From Clostridiaceae bacterium (GTDB taxonomy: Bacteria; Bacillota; Clostridia; Clostridiales; Clostridiaceae): a stretch of DNA of 64,000 bases. Under the pieces are notes generated by a model, which did not search any database, had not been told where the DNA came from, and saw nothing but the letters and a program-made list of their open reading frames with translations. The stretch lies in assembly GCA_031549885.1 (NCBI GenBank), contig JAVBPD010000033.1, positions 22 to 64,021 on the forward strand, given 5' to 3'. The translations under genes and the position numbers were made by a program. Positions 46,963 through 56,391 of this stretch are shown in pieces (the first letter of the stretch is position 1; every line of letters begins with the position of its first letter).

Positions 46963-47832
46963 TTATTTTTTGTTATAGTGTGTTTTACTATAAGCATTTC
47001 TAAATTGCTTAGGAGTTAAATTTTCAAACTTTTGAAACAATCTAAAAAAATATTTTGTATCATTAAACCCCACCATATTTGAAACCTCTTTAATCTTATA
47101 TTCGTTATGACACAAAAGTTCCTTTGCCTTTGAAATCCTAATAGTATTTATATATTTTTGCATGTTAACCCCTGTTACTTCATGAAAGCGTCTAGATAAA
47201 TATTCTTTTGAGTAATTAAATTCATAAGCAACATCTGAAAGTGAAATGCCTCTACAAGCATTTATCCTTATCCATTCAAATATTTTCTCCATGTTGCCTT
47301 GAGCCTCTTTAACGCCTTTTTTTATCAAAAATTGTTCAGATATTTCTATAACAAGGGAAGTAATCATGTAATCTGTAGCATATCCTGATATATATTTTGA
47401 TTCATTAATATGGCATAGCTGGCTGCATAAAACATTTATCCTCTCTAAATTTGCTTTTTCTAAAAATGTTGGAACATATGCAAAGTTTTTGACCTCTTCT
47501 AAAGAAACATTCTCAAGCTTATTTTCAAAATTAAAAACACTAGTTTCTCCCCTTGGTAAAAAGTGCATCCAGTAAAATGAAGTGTCTTTTTCTACCTTTT
47601 CAAATCCTTTATGAACTATGCCTGGATGAAGAAGTAAAATATCATTTTTATTAAGCGAATACCTAATGCCCTCTTGTTCCATATATAAAATCCCTTTTAC
47701 AACAACAAGTATCTCATAGCTATCGATAATTCTTTTATTGTGAATCCAATTTTTATCAGCTATAAAAAAACCAGCTGATTCAAATTTAACAGGCTTATTA
47801 ATATTTGCCTTTAAAGTCAACAAAAACCTCAC
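46963..47832 (-). CDS. AraC-family transcriptional regulator (cupin sensor + double HTH)
   Basis: C-terminal LSDVAYEFNYSKEYLSRRF...IKEVSNMVGFNDTKYFFRLFQKFENLTPKQFR. Confidence 0.85.
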   Translation of the reverse strand: MRFLLTLKANINKPVKFESAGFFIADKNWIHNKRIIDSYEILVVVKGILYMEQEGIRYSLNKNDILLLHPGIVHKGFEKVEKDTSFYWMHFLPRGETSVFNFENKLENVSLEEVKNFAYVPTFLEKANLERINVLCSQLCHINESKYISGYATDYMITSLVIEISEQFLIKKGVKEAQGNMEKIFEWIRINACRGISLSDVAYEFNYSKEYLSRRFHEVTGVNMQKYINTIRISKAKELLCHNEYKIKEVSNMVGFNDTKYFFRLFQKFENLTPKQFRNAYSKTHYNKK

Positions 47833-47847
47833 CTACTCTAATAAAAT

Positions 47848-48687
47848 CTAACTCTTAATCCCTGTAAGCGTAACGCCTTCAACAAAATATCTCTGAAAGA
47901 AAAAGAAAACTAAAATCATTGGGAACGTGACAATTGCTGATGCTGCCATTAAAAAATCCCATTTTGCACTATATGTGCTTTTAAATGAGCTAAGGGCTAA
48001 GGATACTGGAAACATATTTGAATCATTTAAATATATAACTGGCCCTATTAGATCATTCCACACATTCATAAATGTAAATACCCCTAATACTGCAAGAACA
48101 GGCTTTACAAGAGGTAGGAGTATTTTCCAAAATATAGTCCATTGATTTGCTCCATCTATTAGAGCAGCTTCATCTAAATCTTTAGGTATTGTCATAAAAA
48201 ATTGCCTTACAAGAAAAATGTTATAAGCACTTCCTCCAAGCCAAGATGGCAAAATAAGAGGTACATATGAATCAGTAAGCCCAAGTTTACTCCATACTAA
48301 AAACGTAGGTAATAACGTTATAAAAGATGGTATCATCATAGTTGATAGAAGAGCGTAAAAAAGAACTTTCTTTCCTCTCCATCTTAGCCTTGAAAAAGCA
48401 TATCCTGCCATTGCAGATGTAATTAAAGTACCTGCCATGTTAGTTACAACTAAAAAAATTGTATTTAAAAAATACCTTCCAAAAGGCTGTGAAGCTAAAG
48501 CTTTAGGATAATTTTCCCATCTAATTGGATTGGGAAAAAGCATAATAGGCAGTTTAAAAAGCTGCCTTGCATCCATAAGTGAGCTTCTAATCATCCAATA
48601 AAAAGGCAAAAGAGATATAACACAAATAATTGCTATTAAAGAATATACAATTGACATTTTTATTTTGATAGAGGTTGATTTTTTCAT
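47848..48687 (-). CDS. Carbohydrate ABC transporter permease (MalG-like)
   Basis: EAA loop IPKDLDEAALIDGAN. ATG at 48687 overlaps the upstream stop codon (TGATG). GGAGAA ribosome-binding site. Confidence 0.85.
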   Translation of the reverse strand: MKKSTSIKIKMSIVYSLIAIICVISLLPFYWMIRSSLMDARQLFKLPIMLFPNPIRWENYPKALASQPFGRYFLNTIFLVVTNMAGTLITSAMAGYAFSRLRWRGKKVLFYALLSTMMIPSFITLLPTFLVWSKLGLTDSYVPLILPSWLGGSAYNIFLVRQFFMTIPKDLDEAALIDGANQWTIFWKILLPLVKPVLAVLGVFTFMNVWNDLIGPVIYLNDSNMFPVSLALSSFKSTYSAKWDFLMAASAIVTFPMILVFFFFQRYFVEGVTLTGIKS

Positions 48688-49601
48688 CAATTTTCTCCTT
48701 CCGGATAATATACCCATGAATTTGAAGTTTTAAAAATTATAAATGTAAAAAATATTACAATTACAAACAAAATCCATGATAATGCTGAAGCATATCCCAT
48801 TTTATTGCTTGAAAAAGCAGTTCTATAAATATGATAAGCATAGAATAAACTTCCATTATTAGGTCCACCATCTGTCATAACAAATGCTTGATAAAAGGCT
48901 TGTAGCGTTCCAATTATGCCCATTACTAATGTAAAGAAAATCGTAGGTGTCATCATTGGAAGGGTACAATATATAAATTTATGAAAAACATTGCCTCCAT
49001 CAACTTCTATGGCTTCATATAAAGAACGTGGTACACCTTGAAGACCTGCTAAAAATATTATCATATTTGCTCCAATTCCCCAAATACCCATAAATGCAAG
49101 CGATGGCACAACACTTGATTTGCTATAAATCCACTGTTGAGCTGGAACGTGCATAAAAGATAAAATTTTATTTAAAAGCCCTAAATCAGGATTAAAAAGC
49201 CATTTCCATAAAAAAGCATTTGCTACAGCTGGTACAATGCCAGGAAGGTAAACAATAGTCCTATAAAATCTTACACCCTTTAATCTCTCTGTATTAAGAA
49301 GCAAAGCTACAGAAAATGAACAAATTAAATTTAAAGGAACTGCTAAAACAACATAGGAAAATGTTACGCCAAGGGAAAGTTTAAAAAAAGGATCAGTTGT
49401 GAAAATTGTTTTAAAATTTTCTATACCAATAAAAGCGCCATCTACTCCAAGTGTAGTGTTAGTAAAACTCAAATATAAACTCATAAGCATTGGCACTGCA
49501 GTAAATACTAAAAATCCTATTATAGCAGGAGCTGCAAAAAACCAGCCCCATTTCTCTTCATAATTTTTCTTTTTATTCTTAAATGAAACTTCTTTAACCA
49601 A
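48687..49601 (-). CDS. Carbohydrate ABC transporter permease (MalF-like)
   Basis: EAA loop PRSLYEAIEVDGGN. The start is uncertain: TTG at 49601 after GGGGTGAG, or TTG at 49652. The latter would translate through a hairpin. Confidence 0.8.
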   Translation of the reverse strand: MVKEVSFKNKKKNYEEKWGWFFAAPAIIGFLVFTAVPMLMSLYLSFTNTTLGVDGAFIGIENFKTIFTTDPFFKLSLGVTFSYVVLAVPLNLICSFSVALLLNTERLKGVRFYRTIVYLPGIVPAVANAFLWKWLFNPDLGLLNKILSFMHVPAQQWIYSKSSVVPSLAFMGIWGIGANMIIFLAGLQGVPRSLYEAIEVDGGNVFHKFIYCTLPMMTPTIFFTLVMGIIGTLQAFYQAFVMTDGGPNNGSLFYAYHIYRTAFSSNKMGYASALSWILFVIVIFFTFIIFKTSNSWVYYPEGEN

Positions 49602-49618
49602 ATTCTCACCCCATTTAA

Positions 49619-49679
49619 AAACAAGAGTATATTGGCAATAATACTTGTACAATATTTAGCAATTTATATACTCTTGTTT
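49619..49679 (-). promoter_or_regulatory. Intercistronic stem-loop between the binding-protein and permease genes
   Basis: 13-bp stem (49619-49631 pairs with 49667-49679; core ACAAGAGTATA/TATACTCTTGT) with a 35-nt loop, followed on the mRNA by UUUUAAAU. Confidence 0.55.
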
Positions 49680-49693
49680 AAAATTATATACTT

Positions 49694-51115
49694 TTAATTT
49701 CCATCATAACGTCCTTGATATGCTTTAGAAGATTCAATTGTAGATTGAGCTTCATTTAAAGCGCTTGCAGGGTCTTTTTCATTTCTAAATATAGCGTCAA
49801 TTGCAGGATTTAAAATTGCTGCAACATCTCCCCAATTTTTAACATATTCTTGAGGTGTTTTAACAATATTTTTATCGATATTATCAATTACAACAGATTT
49901 ATAATCTTGTGGGTGCGCAGGGGTATCTATCCAGAAGGATACTTTTTCAGGATTTGTATAATAATCTTTATATATTGGTTGCCATAATCCATTTTTATAA
50001 AGATCTGTTGCTCCATTTTCAGCATCTAGTGAATATTTATAAAAATCCCAAGCTTCTTCTGGATGTTTAGTTGAGGCAAATATGGCAGTAACTCCAGGAG
50101 CGCTCATAGTTGAAGGTCCTTTACCTAGATCAGGAAAAACAGCACAACCAACGTTTAATTTTTGGTCATTATAATCTAAAAATGACCAGTTTCCATCTAA
50201 AGTCATAGCTACTTGGCCAGTTAACATAGCTTCAGCAGCAAGAGAATCTGCTTTTGCAGGTGTTGGCACTACATGATGAACATATATTAAATCTTGAACT
50301 TTTTTCATGGTATCAATCCACTCAGGAGAATTAAAAGCAGTATTTGTGCTATCTTGATTTAAAATGCTTCCACCATTTGAATTTAATAGCATCAATATAT
50401 GGTTAAGGTAAGTAGTCATGGAAAGACCATATGTTGCAATGTTTTCTGGATTAAAATCTGGGCTATTTGCATCATTGCCATTTGAATCAAAAGTTACAGA
50501 CTTACAAAGCTTTACAAAATCATCCCAATTTAGTGCTTTGCTTGCATCTGAAGGTGGATATGCAACTTTATGTTCGTCAAAAATATCCTTATTATAAGTT
50601 ATTAACAAACTTTCAAGTGCAGTTGAGAAAAACGCAACTTTTCCATTTACTTTCCATTGAGCAATTGGCAAAACGTTATCAATAAAAGATTTATCCTCTT
50701 TAAGTAAATCTTCAACAAATAAGAGTTTGCCTTCTTGAGCATAAGTTGGCGCTACAGATGTGCTAACATAAGCTATATCTGGTGCCTTTCCTGCTGCAAC
50801 TTGTGAAGCTAATTTGTTTGAGTAATCATCAGGAACATGTTGAGCATTAACATGAATTTTTCCTTCATGCAATTTATTATAATTATCTACACACTTTTGA
50901 ACTGCATCTTTTTCTACAAGTCCACCCCAATACATAAAGTTAAGTTCTACAGGGCCAGAATTATTATTGCTTTCTGTACTTGTCCCACTGCTTGAATTAC
51001 CTGCATTTGCATTTGAATCTGTCTTTGAAGTATTTCCACTTCCATTCCCACATCCCCCAAAAGAAACAACAAGTAATAATGACATTGCAAAAGATAAAAT
51101 CTTTTTTATTTTCAT
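49694..51115 (-). CDS. Carbohydrate ABC transporter substrate-binding lipoprotein
   Basis: Lipobox VSFGGC and a Ser/Asn/Gly-rich linker. About 470 aa, family-1 solute-binding-protein pattern. Confidence 0.85.
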   Translation of the reverse strand: MKIKKILSFAMSLLLVVSFGGCGNGSGNTSKTDSNANAGNSSSGTSTESNNNSGPVELNFMYWGGLVEKDAVQKCVDNYNKLHEGKIHVNAQHVPDDYSNKLASQVAAGKAPDIAYVSTSVAPTYAQEGKLLFVEDLLKEDKSFIDNVLPIAQWKVNGKVAFFSTALESLLITYNKDIFDEHKVAYPPSDASKALNWDDFVKLCKSVTFDSNGNDANSPDFNPENIATYGLSMTTYLNHILMLLNSNGGSILNQDSTNTAFNSPEWIDTMKKVQDLIYVHHVVPTPAKADSLAAEAMLTGQVAMTLDGNWSFLDYNDQKLNVGCAVFPDLGKGPSTMSAPGVTAIFASTKHPEEAWDFYKYSLDAENGATDLYKNGLWQPIYKDYYTNPEKVSFWIDTPAHPQDYKSVVIDNIDKNIVKTPQEYVKNWGDVAAILNPAIDAIFRNEKDPASALNEAQSTIESSKAYQGRYDGN

Positions 51116-51430
51116 TTATAAATCCTCCTATTGTTAAAAAATTGTAAAATAAAAAATTGTAAAAAGTGCACCTATTTATGTATAATTAATAAAAGTAGAT
51201 AATAATAACTATTTATTATAAGCAAAAAACAAACCTTAATGCAAAGCAATAAAATAATGTATAATTCTACACAAAAGGCATAGAGATATTGAAAAAACTT
51301 ATTTATATTTATAAGCTTTCTAAGATAAATCGATTTATTTATAATAATATTATCATAGTTTGAAAACCTGTTCATCTTATATTTTTAACTTTAGGTGGAT
51401 TATTTTGACTATCAATTTTATTCACTAAAT

Positions 51431-51485
51431 AAAGAAGCCATGGAAAGCACCTCAAAACTTAAGGCTATTTTTCCATGACTTCTTT
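51431..51485 (-). terminator. Hairpin terminator after the ECF/DUF62 operon
   Basis: 16-bp arms AAAGAAGCCATGGAAA / TTTCCATGACTTCTTT with one mismatch. One arm abuts the stop codon. AUUUA follows on the mRNA. Confidence 0.55.
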
Positions 51486-52324
51486 TAAACCCTTTTGAAT
51501 TCAATAGACCAATGAATCCCAGTTCCAATAGCATAAGCCTTTGCAAAATTTCCTTGATTAATTGCAACTGCCATCCTATAAAGAGAATTCACATAAACAA
51601 TTTGTTCACCTACATAAACATCAGCAAAGGATTTGCCAAAGGAAACTCTATTATTATAAATCAAAGTTGACCCATTTCTAATAACAATTTCCACCTTGTC
51701 TCCGTAGGATATGCCTAAATTCACAAAATCATCCCTGGTAATATTTGTCCATAAACTTCCAAATCTCACATCTAAAATATCAATGCTGCCTTTAATAGAA
51801 GCTTTAGTTTTCACAACTTCTCCTACTTCAAGTTCAACTACATCATCATTTTCTATTTTATCTCCAACTTCACTTAAAGAAATAATTTCTGCTGCAATTT
51901 TAGCCCCAGTGTTGGAAAAAAGGTCTCTTCCATGAAAAGTATATGAAAACAAAGTATTTTTCCTCATATGTACCTCTTCATCAATGCAATAAACTTCTTT
52001 AATGCCAACATATCGTTTTATATGGGTTAAAGTGCCATTATTGGGAGTTACAATAAAATGTCCACCATTAGTTAAAGCTACAATGCTTTTTCTATTTGAT
52101 CCTACCCCTGGATCCACAACAGAAACAAATACAGTGCCTTCTTCCCAATATTCAACTGTTTGAAACAATCTATAAGAAGCCTCCCAAACATTATAAGGCT
52201 CAATGTCATGCGTTAAATCATAAATTAAAAGATCTCTATCTATCTGCAAAGCTACCCCATACATAGCAGCTACAGCTCCATCCATAAGTCCAAAATCAGA
52301 TTGAAATACTAATTTCTTTTTCAT
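51485..52324 (-). CDS. SAM hydroxide adenosyltransferase family protein (DUF62; chlorinase/fluorinase-related), paralog B
   Basis: LVFQSDFGLMDGAVAAMYGV N-terminal motif and VSVVDPGVGS. Confidence 0.8.
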   Translation of the reverse strand: MKKKLVFQSDFGLMDGAVAAMYGVALQIDRDLLIYDLTHDIEPYNVWEASYRLFQTVEYWEEGTVFVSVVDPGVGSNRKSIVALTNGGHFIVTPNNGTLTHIKRYVGIKEVYCIDEEVHMRKNTLFSYTFHGRDLFSNTGAKIAAEIISLSEVGDKIENDDVVELEVGEVVKTKASIKGSIDILDVRFGSLWTNITRDDFVNLGISYGDKVEIVIRNGSTLIYNNRVSFGKSFADVYVGEQIVYVNSLYRMAVAINQGNFAKAYAIGTGIHWSIEFKRV

Positions 52325-52332
52325 AAAAACCC

Positions 52333-53190
52333 CTACTTATTAAATGTTACATTCCAACCAGACCCAAATCCTATACCAAAACTCTTAGAAAAATTACCTT
52401 GAGATATTGCCACAGCTATGCGCATTAACTCATTATTATATATAATCGGATATCCTTTTTTAGAATATCCAAAAGACTTATGAAACAAAATTCTATTTTC
52501 ATAAACAATATTTTCACCATTTTTTATGACCATATGAATATTATCACCATAAGAAAACCCTGCATCATTAAACATCTTTAAAGGAATGTTTGTCCAAAGA
52601 TTCCCAAAATTAGGATCATTTATCTCAAATATTCCTAAGACAGCTCCATTTTTTAAACTTGGCTCCAAAATAGGAAAAGATACAATTTCAGAAACATCAT
52701 ATTTTTCCCCAATATCTTCAAAAGATATTATTCCTGAAGCAAATCTTGCAGCTGTATATCCAAATAAATCCCTACCGTGAAATACATAAGATCCTTCAGA
52801 TTTTCCCTTTAAAAGATTTTTCTCTAAATCTATTTCACGTATCTCTTCTATTTTGGACCATTTATTTATATGGGTTAAAGTTCCATTATCTGGAGTCACT
52901 ATAAAATAACCATCCACCGTCTTTGCAATACATGCTCTCCTACTAGTACCAACTCCTGGGTCAACCACAGATACAAAAATAGTCCCCTCTGGCCAAAACC
53001 TAATGGTCTGGTATAACCTATAAGATGCACTCCAAATATCGTATTGAGGTATTTCATGACTTCCATCAATTATTTCAAGCTCTCTATCAACAGATTTTAC
53101 AACGCCATACATAGCAGAAACTGCCCCTTCTTTATATGTAAAATCTGTTTGAAACACTAATATTGGTTTTTGAAAATTTTTCTCCCTCAA
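52333..53190 (-). CDS. SAM hydroxide adenosyltransferase family protein (DUF62), paralog A
   Basis: LVFQTDFTYKEGAVSAMYGV and VSVVDPGVGTSRR. Confidence 0.8.
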   Translation of the reverse strand: MREKNFQKPILVFQTDFTYKEGAVSAMYGVVKSVDRELEIIDGSHEIPQYDIWSASYRLYQTIRFWPEGTIFVSVVDPGVGTSRRACIAKTVDGYFIVTPDNGTLTHINKWSKIEEIREIDLEKNLLKGKSEGSYVFHGRDLFGYTAARFASGIISFEDIGEKYDVSEIVSFPILEPSLKNGAVLGIFEINDPNFGNLWTNIPLKMFNDAGFSYGDNIHMVIKNGENIVYENRILFHKSFGYSKKGYPIIYNNELMRIAVAISQGNFSKSFGIGFGSGWNVTFNK

Positions 53191-53214
53191 AATATGCTTT
53201 CCTTTCTGTTAATA

Positions 53215-54048
53215 TTATTTAAAAGGATTATAAAATCTGCTATGATTGATGAAAACAGATATCATTATTGTAACAATAAAAATAAAAGCTGAAATTGCAA
53301 TTGCTGTAAAATCAAGGTTAGTAAGCTTTCTCTTTGAATACCAAGTTCTCTTTTTATTCTTTCCAAATCCTCTTAAATCCATTGCATTTGAAATAAGTTC
53401 AATTCTATCTAATGTTGAAAAAATAAGTGGTATTATTATAACCATAGTGTTTTTAAATCTGTGTGAAAGCTTTGCTTTTTTAGACATATCAAGTCCTCTT
53501 GCTTGCTGCGCCTGACTAATTGAAGTAAAATCCCTTGCTACATCTGGAAAATAACGGAGAGTAAGTTCTAAAGCATAACAAGCCTTATAATTAATTCCAA
53601 TGTTATTTAACGATGAGGCAAGCTCGCTTGGATTTGTAGTAACTAAAAATAAAATACCAAATGGCACAACAGACGCATATTTTAAAAGCTTTGTAACTTG
53701 ATATAAAATTTGTTCCTGTGTTATATAATAAGGCCCTACTAAATGGCAAATCACATGTCTTGTACCATAAATAGATGGTCCTTGTTCAGGTGCGAATAAA
53801 TAAGATATTATAAAATTTGTGATTAAAAAAATAGCTACATAGATTATCATGAGCTTTATTTGCCTTACATCTACTTTTGATATATAAAAAATTAAAACAG
53901 AAAATACCATCATAAAGAGAATAACCCTTATATCATAAGAAAACATAGTAGCAAAGGTCAAAAACAAAAAACATATGAGTTTTGTAAGCCCTGAAAGTCT
54001 ATGAATTGGTGTATGAAGATCATCATAGGAAAAAAGTTTTATTTTCAT
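53215..54048 (-). CDS. ecfT: ECF transporter transmembrane (T) component
   Basis: CbiQ/EcfT-like polytopic protein with ARG-type coupling helices (QAQQARGLD). ATGA overlap with the ATPase gene. Confidence 0.85.
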   Translation of the reverse strand: MKIKLFSYDDLHTPIHRLSGLTKLICFLFLTFATMFSYDIRVILFMMVFSVLIFYISKVDVRQIKLMIIYVAIFLITNFIISYLFAPEQGPSIYGTRHVICHLVGPYYITQEQILYQVTKLLKYASVVPFGILFLVTTNPSELASSLNNIGINYKACYALELTLRYFPDVARDFTSISQAQQARGLDMSKKAKLSHRFKNTMVIIIPLIFSTLDRIELISNAMDLRGFGKNKKRTWYSKRKLTNLDFTAIAISAFIFIVTIMISVFINHSRFYNPFK

Positions 54049-55751
54049 CTAAATGCACCCTTTTCATAATTAATAAAACTCTGCACAAACGAAGTACCAT
54101 CTTCTATTTTTACTTTCTTGGCAAGAGCATATAAAGAAGTTTCTTTTAAATTTGCCTTTTTAATTACACTTTCATCAGTTAAGATCTTATAAGAAGGAGC
54201 ATCTGCAATTATTTCTCCATCGCAAAGAACAATAGATCTTTTAGTATATTCAAGCATAAGGTGCATATCATGGGTTATTAGTATAACAGTGTTTCCATCT
54301 TCGTTTAACTTTTTTAAAAATTCCATCATATCACTATAATGCTTATAATCTTGTCCAGCTGTTGGTTCATCTAAAATTATTATCTTTGGTTCTAAGGCAA
54401 GTATTGATGCAATGGTAACCCTCTTTTTCTGCCCATAGCTTAAAGCTTGAATTGGCCATTCTATAAAAGGCAAAAGTCCACAAATGGACAAGGATTTTTC
54501 CACTCGTCTTTCTATTTCATCTTTAGAAAATCCCCTAAGCTTAAGCCCCAGCGATACTTCATCGATAATTCTAGGTAAGGATATCATCATATTAGGATTT
54601 TGCATAACAAGTCCAACATGGGCTGCTCTTTCAGATATAGACATCTTTAAAACATTATTGCCATTAAATAAAATTTCGCCTTTATCTAGCTTTTCAAATC
54701 CACAAATTAACTTAGTAAGTGTAGATTTTCCTGCGCCATTTTTACCTACAATTGAAATCATTTCCCCTTGTTTAATATCAAAATTAATATCATGCACTAT
54801 ATCCTTTTTACCATCATATGAAAATGAAACATTTGAAAGCTTTAGAGCTGATGGCATTTTATTTACATCTTCCTTTATTTTAATAGAAGCTTGCCAAGAT
54901 ATAAGCTTATTTTTTCCATCCTTTATTTTCATTTTATCTAAATGCTCTGGGTTATCTTCTTTTTTAATATTAATCCCAGCATAAAAAAGCGCTGTTAAAT
55001 AAAGAGGTTCCCTTATACCTGTCTTTTTTAAAATATCTGTGCAAAGTAATTCATTTGGAGATTTATCGCAAATAACCTCACCTTCATTAAATACAACAAT
55101 GCGATCTATGGACCTGTGCAGAACATCCTCTAAGCGATGTTCTATTATTATTATAGTTTTATCAGTATTTTTATGTATATCGTCAATTATCTCCATAGCG
55201 CTTTTTCCTGTTTTTGGGTCAAGGTTTGCAAGAGGTTCATCAAACAACAAAATATCCACATCATCAATCATGACTCCTGCAAGAGCCACTCTTTGCTTTT
55301 GCCCACCAGAGAGTTCATGAGGCCTTAAAGAAAGAAATTTATCCATGTCCACCATTTTAGCTACATCTCTAACTCTTTTATGCATTTCGTTTACATTTAT
55401 ACAATCATTTTCCAAAATAAAAGCTATATCTTCACCAACTGAAAGGCCAATAAATTGCCCATCAGAATCCTGAAGCACAGTACCAATCATCTTTGACATT
55501 TTAAAAATAGTCTGATCTATGGTTTTAAATCCGCATACTTCTAAACTACCCTTTATTTCACCCTTGTATGAAAAAGGAATTAAACCATTTAGACAATGAC
55601 CTAATGTACTTTTACCACTGCCACTAGGTCCAACAATGCATATTTTTTCACCCTTATAAATATCTAAGTTAATATTTTTCAGGGTATCTTCAGCTTGACT
55701 TAAGTAACGAAAACTAAAATCTTTAAAAGAAATAATTGGCTGATTTTTCAT
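54045..55751 (-). CDS. Fused tandem ECF ATPase (EcfA-EcfA' in one 568-aa polypeptide)
   Basis: Two complete ABC cassettes: GPSGSGKST...LSGGQKQRVALAG...FDEPLANLD and GKNGAGKST...LSYGQKKRVTIAS...LDEPTAGQD. Confidence 0.9.
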   Translation of the reverse strand: MKNQPIISFKDFSFRYLSQAEDTLKNINLDIYKGEKICIVGPSGSGKSTLGHCLNGLIPFSYKGEIKGSLEVCGFKTIDQTIFKMSKMIGTVLQDSDGQFIGLSVGEDIAFILENDCINVNEMHKRVRDVAKMVDMDKFLSLRPHELSGGQKQRVALAGVMIDDVDILLFDEPLANLDPKTGKSAMEIIDDIHKNTDKTIIIIEHRLEDVLHRSIDRIVVFNEGEVICDKSPNELLCTDILKKTGIREPLYLTALFYAGINIKKEDNPEHLDKMKIKDGKNKLISWQASIKIKEDVNKMPSALKLSNVSFSYDGKKDIVHDINFDIKQGEMISIVGKNGAGKSTLTKLICGFEKLDKGEILFNGNNVLKMSISERAAHVGLVMQNPNMMISLPRIIDEVSLGLKLRGFSKDEIERRVEKSLSICGLLPFIEWPIQALSYGQKKRVTIASILALEPKIIILDEPTAGQDYKHYSDMMEFLKKLNEDGNTVILITHDMHLMLEYTKRSIVLCDGEIIADAPSYKILTDESVIKKANLKETSLYALAKKVKIEDGTSFVQSFINYEKGAFR

Positions 55752-55764
55752 AGTTCTTCTCTTT

Positions 55765-56328
55765 CTACATTCTTCTTTTTAAACTCCCTGACCTTGTCCT
55801 AGTAGCAGCATAAGCTATTAATAAAAGTGTTCCAATAACTGCAACGCTTACACTATTTAAAATAGCAGCTGTAACTCCTTGTATAAAAACTGTATTTGCA
55901 GCTTCAGCATAAATTGCTATATCAAGAAGAGGTGCCACTACTACCCAAGCTATTATATTCCCTATTATTTGTATAACGTTAAAAATTATGATATCTCTTA
56001 TGCCAAATGTGCCTTCTTCAACTCTAGTTCTTCTAAAAGCAAGCCCAAAAACAAATCCAGCTATACCACTTGCTATAACCCAGCTCCACCAAGGAGATCC
56101 GTATTGAACAGCATCTGATAATGCATGCCCTATAAAGGCAATTAAGCAGCTTGCAATAGGTCCAAAAAGAGTACCAAAAAATGCAGCAAGGCCATAGGCA
56201 GTTTGAAAACTTGTTTCAGGAACTGGTGATGGAATTTTTATATACATAAATAATAGCGTAAAAATTGCAGCCCCAAGCCCTATTGCAACGATAGTTTTAG
56301 TGTTAACTTTAAAATAGTCTTTTATAAT
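55765..56328 (-). CDS. ECF transporter substrate-specific (S) component, specificity unknown; probable non-AUG start
   Basis: Six-TM-type small membrane protein. The track ORF starts at ATG 56247, inside the first TM helix. The frame stays open 27 codons further upstream to a strong AAGGGAGGG ribosome-binding site, with only ATT/ATA codons available there. Confidence 0.6.
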   Translation of the reverse strand: MIKDYFKVNTKTIVAIGLGAAIFTLLFMYIKIPSPVPETSFQTAYGLAAFFGTLFGPIASCLIAFIGHALSDAVQYGSPWWSWVIASGIAGFVFGLAFRRTRVEEGTFGIRDIIIFNVIQIIGNIIAWVVVAPLLDIAIYAEAANTVFIQGVTAAILNSVSVAVIGTLLLIAYAATRTRSGSLKRRM

Positions 56329-56391
56329 AATCCCTCCCTTAATAATTTAACTAGATTATAATATCTTATAAACAATTTAGTCAATAATAAC

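Noticed and set aside
49632-49647. TGGCAATAATACTTGT, a sigma-54-like -24 element
   Set aside because: It lacks the GC at -12, lies on the non-coding strand relative to all local genes, and falls inside the loop of the intercistronic hairpin.
51172-51375. 67-aa ORF in the intergenic region between the sugar ABC locus and the DUF62 genes
   Set aside because: No ribosome-binding site, extreme I/L/N/K/Y composition, and it lies in promoter/terminator space. Most likely non-coding.
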